Shown here: piece by piece, positions 60,156 through 64,000 of the stretch
How the letters are laid out: each line of letters opens with the position of its first letter
How positions within the stretch are numbered: the stretch's first letter is position 1
Source of the DNA: Candidatus Hydrogenedentota bacterium
Lineage (GTDB): Bacteria > Hydrogenedentota > Hydrogenedentia > Hydrogenedentales > SLHB01
Length of the DNA stretch: 64,000 nucleotides
NCBI GenBank assembly: GCA_963668025.2
Contig: CAXXTH010000010.1
Coordinates: 1-64,000 of the forward strand
Direction of reading: 5' to 3'
Program-made: the position numbers and the translations under genes
The notes under the pieces: generated by a model
Seen by the model: only the letters and a program-made list of their open reading frames with translations
Databases searched by the model: none
Told to the model about the DNA's origin: nothing

Positions 60156-62075
60156 ATGCAGAAGCTAAAAGGGCAATCCGCACAGGTTATAGTATTGTTA
60201 TTATGTCTGATATCGAGCCCAGTATTCGGAGAGGGCGGGGTGTTTGATGAGGTTGCTGATGTTCCGGGATTGCCGCGTGTTTTGTTGATTGGTGATTCCA
60301 TATCAATCGATTATACCCTGGATACACGTGAAATGCTGAAAGGTATGGCAAATGTTCATCGTCCAGCCTGCAACTGCATGTTTTCCGGAAATGTAGCTGA
60401 GAATATAAAGACCTGGCTTGGGGAAGAGAAGTGGGATGTTGTTCACTTTAATGCAGGGATATGGGATTGCCATTTCGTGGACGCCAATGGCAATATCATC
60501 GAGCCTGGACAGGATTACTATGACGAGAACAGCATCCGAACAACGCCATCGCAGTACAAAGAAAATCTAAACAAGATTGTTGATGCGATCCTTGCCTCCG
60601 GTGCAAAACCGATTTTTGCTACAACGACGTCGATTCCGGCTTGGAATGACAAGAGGCGCGCTTATCTCAATGGGCTGAACGAGATCGCTAAAGAGATAAT
60701 GCTCTATAAGCAGGTTCAGGTCAATGATTTATACACCTATTCACTCCCTCATCTGGCGGAATGGCAGCTTCCCGATCAGGTGCATTTTAATCCGTTAGGT
60801 AAAAAACAGCTTGCCCGAAAAGTCTCGGAAGAGATACTCGGCGCACTTGGTTCGCAGGCGAAAATTCTCGACTGGGCGCCGGAAAAAGGCGCTGTTTCCA
60901 CTATGAGCGGCAGAGAAGTGGTTCGCTATAACCAAGACTGCATCGAGCGATGGGGCTATGCCCAGCCGCGTACGGAGTTCTTTTATGTAATGAAGGCCAG
61001 TAAGGAGCTGCACCAAAATCCATTGGTTGTCTTTTTGCACAGCGCTGGCGGTGATGCGGAAAAAGAGCTTGCCGACAATGTCGAACGTGTTGCGGGCTAT
61101 GGTGATGAATTTGTTGGGCTTGCGGTGAATAGTCCATCTACTCTTGACGAACCTATTGACGGCATGGCCGAATACGACTGGTGGTGGGGTGCAAAAGCTA
61201 TTGAAAAACATCCCGAATTGTATAAGGATAAAATGACGCGGGTGGAAAGCCGGGTGCTCGATACCATCGAATGGGTGGTCCAAAACTACAATATCGACCG
61301 CAACCGAATTTATCTGCGCGGCATATCGATGGGCGGTTCTGGCACACTTGGTATTGGCCTTGCTCACGGCGATGTTTTCGCCGCCTTGCAGGCGGATGTT
61401 TTTGCGGGTGTCGAGCATGCGGTTTTCCGCCTGAAAAACGCGGCAGCGGAGCCGCCTTACGCAGTGATGCTGTTTTCCCAACTGGACGGGTGGTCGAAAG
61501 GCGCGGAACAGCTTCTTGATATGATTAATGTAGATTATCTTGGTATGAGTTACGCATGGGATATTTATGGCCATGATAATAACAAGCTTTATGAAAGTGC
61601 TGATCAAGCGGTTGTAAACTTTCCATGGCTTTCCATTCGACGTAACCAGGCATATCCTGTATTCACAAACGCAACGTCAAATGATCATTATCCCGGCAAT
61701 ATGAATCAGGGGCCTGATCAAAGAGGACAGGTCAATGCCTATTTCCGCTGGAGCGTTTTAGAGGATACGGCGGATAGATTCATCATTGAACTCAGCACAG
61801 TGAACCGCGTGCAGTTTGTAAAAGACTCTCAACTGGTTCCTGATGCGTTGAAGAAAATGCAGCAGAGTATCACAACCGATGTAACACTACGCAGATTACA
61901 GAATTTTATTGTATCAGCCGATACGGGTAAAACATTTCAATGGGTGGCTGAAAGCTCCGGTGAAATACAAGCAATGGGCGATGTGATGCCCAACCCTAAA
62001 GGCCTTTTGACTATCAACAAGATTGAAATCGGATTAGTTCCTGTTAAATTGATGATTTCCGTGAAAGAGAATTAG
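60156..62075 (+). CDS. Secreted SGNH/GDSL hydrolase fused to an alpha/beta hydrolase (carbohydrate esterase-like)
   Basis: LLIGDSIS, FNAGIWD and DQVHF (SGNH domain). FLHSAGG, IDRNRIYLRGISMGG and YGH (alpha/beta hydrolase). Confidence 0.82.
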   Translation: MQKLKGQSAQVIVLLLCLISSPVFGEGGVFDEVADVPGLPRVLLIGDSISIDYTLDTREMLKGMANVHRPACNCMFSGNVAENIKTWLGEEKWDVVHFNAGIWDCHFVDANGNIIEPGQDYYDENSIRTTPSQYKENLNKIVDAILASGAKPIFATTTSIPAWNDKRRAYLNGLNEIAKEIMLYKQVQVNDLYTYSLPHLAEWQLPDQVHFNPLGKKQLARKVSEEILGALGSQAKILDWAPEKGAVSTMSGREVVRYNQDCIERWGYAQPRTEFFYVMKASKELHQNPLVVFLHSAGGDAEKELADNVERVAGYGDEFVGLAVNSPSTLDEPIDGMAEYDWWWGAKAIEKHPELYKDKMTRVESRVLDTIEWVVQNYNIDRNRIYLRGISMGGSGTLGIGLAHGDVFAALQADVFAGVEHAVFRLKNAAAEPPYAVMLFSQLDGWSKGAEQLLDMINVDYLGMSYAWDIYGHDNNKLYESADQAVVNFPWLSIRRNQAYPVFTNATSNDHYPGNMNQGPDQRGQVNAYFRWSVLEDTADRFIIELSTVNRVQFVKDSQLVPDALKKMQQSITTDVTLRRLQNFIVSADTGKTFQWVAESSGEIQAMGDVMPNPKGLLTINKIEIGLVPVKLMISVKEN

Positions 62076-62168
62076 GTTTGGGAAAGAGTATGGAATTTTG
62101 AGATTTGCTGGTTTATACGATTCAAAAAGCTTGGCGATTGGGTATTGGTATGTCCTTTGGATTTTAAG

Positions 62169-62582
62169 TTACGACAAGACTCCTCCAGCCCTGTGCAGCT
62201 CCACGAGTAGCTCAAGCCCCCACAACAAATGGATTCGTTCCTGCGTACAGCATTTCCGAAGGTTCTTGTCGTTGGTCACGCATGTGAAGCTATGCCGTTT
62301 GGCCGTTAACATGCAGAGGTTGTCTTGAAACGAAACCGGCCCAGCCATCCCTGCAGCCATGTAGGCGTCTTCCATGGTGGGCTCCACCAAGATAAGCCCA
62401 AGTTCGCGCAGACGCTCTTCACTCTCGATTTGCCGGACCTCTTCAACGACAGCGCTCACCACATGGATGGGGCCTATATAGTCCGCGATGAGCCGGAATA
62501 CGGTATGGTCCGCCTTCATGAAGTCGATGAGCACGTAGGCGTCCATAATCAGGAATCTCAGCAGCGCGGGTTGGTTGGTCAC
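62169..62582 (-). CDS. PIN-domain protein
   Basis: Motifs IMDAYVLIDF, VVEEV, SFQD and VTNDKNLR. The GTG start overlaps the XRE-ImmA stop (GTGA). Confidence 0.75.
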   Translation of the reverse strand: MTNQPALLRFLIMDAYVLIDFMKADHTVFRLIADYIGPIHVVSAVVEEVRQIESEERLRELGLILVEPTMEDAYMAAGMAGPVSFQDNLCMLTAKRHSFTCVTNDKNLRKCCTQERIHLLWGLELLVELHRAGGVLS

Positions 62583-63691
62583 ACAACGGCCTCCCAACTG
62601 GCGATGAGTTCCTGCATTTCATCCACGCTGATACGCAGGATCTCCGCCCCACGGCTGACAGATATCAGGTCCTCTTCGACGGCCCTCCGGGCCAAGCGGC
62701 TGAACCGGTCTTCGGTGAAATCGAAGCGCTGCATCCCAAACGGTTCGGCGGACTCGATGGCAAGCGGTTCCTCTTTAAAAGAGAGCCCCTTGAACGAGCG
62801 CTTCTTGTATGCGGCGAAGAACTTCTTCCAGATGGCATCATCCACGTCGCCGTGTTCCAGGAGGCGCGCCAAAACGGTCTTGTAGCTCACCCGAAAGATG
62901 CGTTTTACTTTCAACACGCGGTCCACCCAATGCAGACCGGCGGCTTCCGCCCATTCCTTCTGGAATCCTTCGTCGGGCATGAGGAAGTGCCCCGCAAAAC
63001 GGTTTGCTTCCTCCTCCTCCGCGTGGTTTTCCTCGGACTCGTTGACATCATAGGCGTCAGGATGCAGCATTAGGTGTCCCAGTTCGTGGGCGGCGCTGAA
63101 GATATGCCGTTCCACAGAGATGCGGTCCCACACGTTCACGACAACCGCAGGCCCGCCATCCTCCGCGCCAAGCGACAATCCGAAAAAGCCGTCAGAAGCC
63201 ATTGGGAAGGGGAGCACCTTAATCCCGGCATGCTCGAGCAGGCCGCAGATGTCGTAAATGGGCTCGCTGTCGTTCAGTCCGAGCGATTCACGGCAGAGGC
63301 GGGCAGCCTTTACGGGTTCTTTCCGCGAGCACTTCTTCCCGACTTCACGCAGGAGAAACGACTTTTGCTCGTTGAGGATTTCTTCAAGGTAGTTGAAGTC
63401 GTCAAGCCAGCGGGCAACATCCGCCAGGATGTTCTCACGGTTCTGCATCCTGCGCCCGGAGCGGAAGCGCACGGTTCTGAGTTCGCGAACGGGAGCAAAC
63501 AGGTCCTGCAACCGCACCTCCAGGGCGCGCGCGATGGCTTGGACGGTGCTCATGCGGGGTTCGTTCTTGGCCCCTTCCAAGTTCTTGATGGCAGGCAACG
63601 AGAGTCCCGCAGCATCCGCAAGTCTCGGTTGGCTGTATTTCTTGGCGGTTCGTATGCGCCGAATGTTTTGAGAAAGTATTTGCAGATTCAT
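62579..63691 (-). CDS. XRE-family HTH fused to ImmA/IrrE-type zinc metallopeptidase
   Basis: N-terminal cro/C1 HTH, FSAAHELGH (HExxH), EEEANRFAGHFLMP and FRVS. Confidence 0.9.
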   Translation of the reverse strand: MNLQILSQNIRRIRTAKKYSQPRLADAAGLSLPAIKNLEGAKNEPRMSTVQAIARALEVRLQDLFAPVRELRTVRFRSGRRMQNRENILADVARWLDDFNYLEEILNEQKSFLLREVGKKCSRKEPVKAARLCRESLGLNDSEPIYDICGLLEHAGIKVLPFPMASDGFFGLSLGAEDGGPAVVVNVWDRISVERHIFSAAHELGHLMLHPDAYDVNESEENHAEEEEANRFAGHFLMPDEGFQKEWAEAAGLHWVDRVLKVKRIFRVSYKTVLARLLEHGDVDDAIWKKFFAAYKKRSFKGLSFKEEPLAIESAEPFGMQRFDFTEDRFSRLARRAVEEDLISVSRGAEILRISVDEMQELIASWEAVV

Positions 63692-63714
63692 CGTTGCCCC
63701 TCCGTCTCGACCGA

Positions 63715-63743
63715 ATTATACCATAATGTTGAATTTTGTCAAC
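63715..63743 (-). promoter_or_regulatory. Consensus sigma70 promoter with overlapping palindrome (probable XRE operator)
   Basis: The minus strand reads TTGACA-N16-TATAAT. The inverted repeat gttga-attttg-tcaac (63728-63743) covers the -35 box. Confidence 0.7.
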
Positions 63744-64000
63744 TGGTGTAATTTCTGTCAGTTTGCTGGGTGGAATCCTTCTGGGGGGGTGGCTGCATGT
63801 GGGTTTGTAGCGGAGTTTCCACGAGTCTCGCGAAGGCGGCGGGGATACGCGGGTTCGCCAGGGGCGACCGCAGCCACCATCAAGGCTGGCACCATTCTCT
63901 ACACCGGCTTAACGCCGTCAACGGACACAGACGCTACCGCCTTCACGTCCCCGAAGAATGGCACCAATGCTCCTGGCGGGGAGCCTTGATGGCACCGAGG

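Overview
A GC-rich bacterial chromosome segment. The gene content and repeat families suggest an anaerobic sugar-degrading lineage, but taxonomy cannot be fixed from this window. Core genes: fucose-isomerase-like, two URO-D/methyltransferase-family genes, a GH78 rhamnosidase, a PAS sigma54 activator, leuA, glnE, glycerate kinase, a Gfo/Idh/MocA sugar cluster, hisG, an ABC/FG-GAP operon, glnK-amtB, tRNA-Leu(CAG), sucA-folD-sucB and an XRE-ImmA/PIN pair. Seven IS elements or remnants and many REP/MITE-like repeats are interspersed. Highlights: (1) a Leu-rich leader peptide and attenuator whose terminator is followed within 3 nt by a complete-looking, ORF-less 601-nt group IIC intron in the leuA 5'UTR; (2) a lower-GC island whose secreted HExxHxxGxxH metalloprotease gene can be rebuilt in frame after removing two IS insertions and has a G15 tract at its start; (3) two ISAs1 elements carrying a divergent ~99-aa passenger related to the frameshift ORF of a neighbouring ISKra4-type element; (4) an apparently catalytically dead Type IIG restriction-modification homologue paired with a wHTH gene; (5) a P-II C-terminal duplicate in frame behind the glnK amber stop. 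Family assignments come from motif recognition by eye; no database searches were run.
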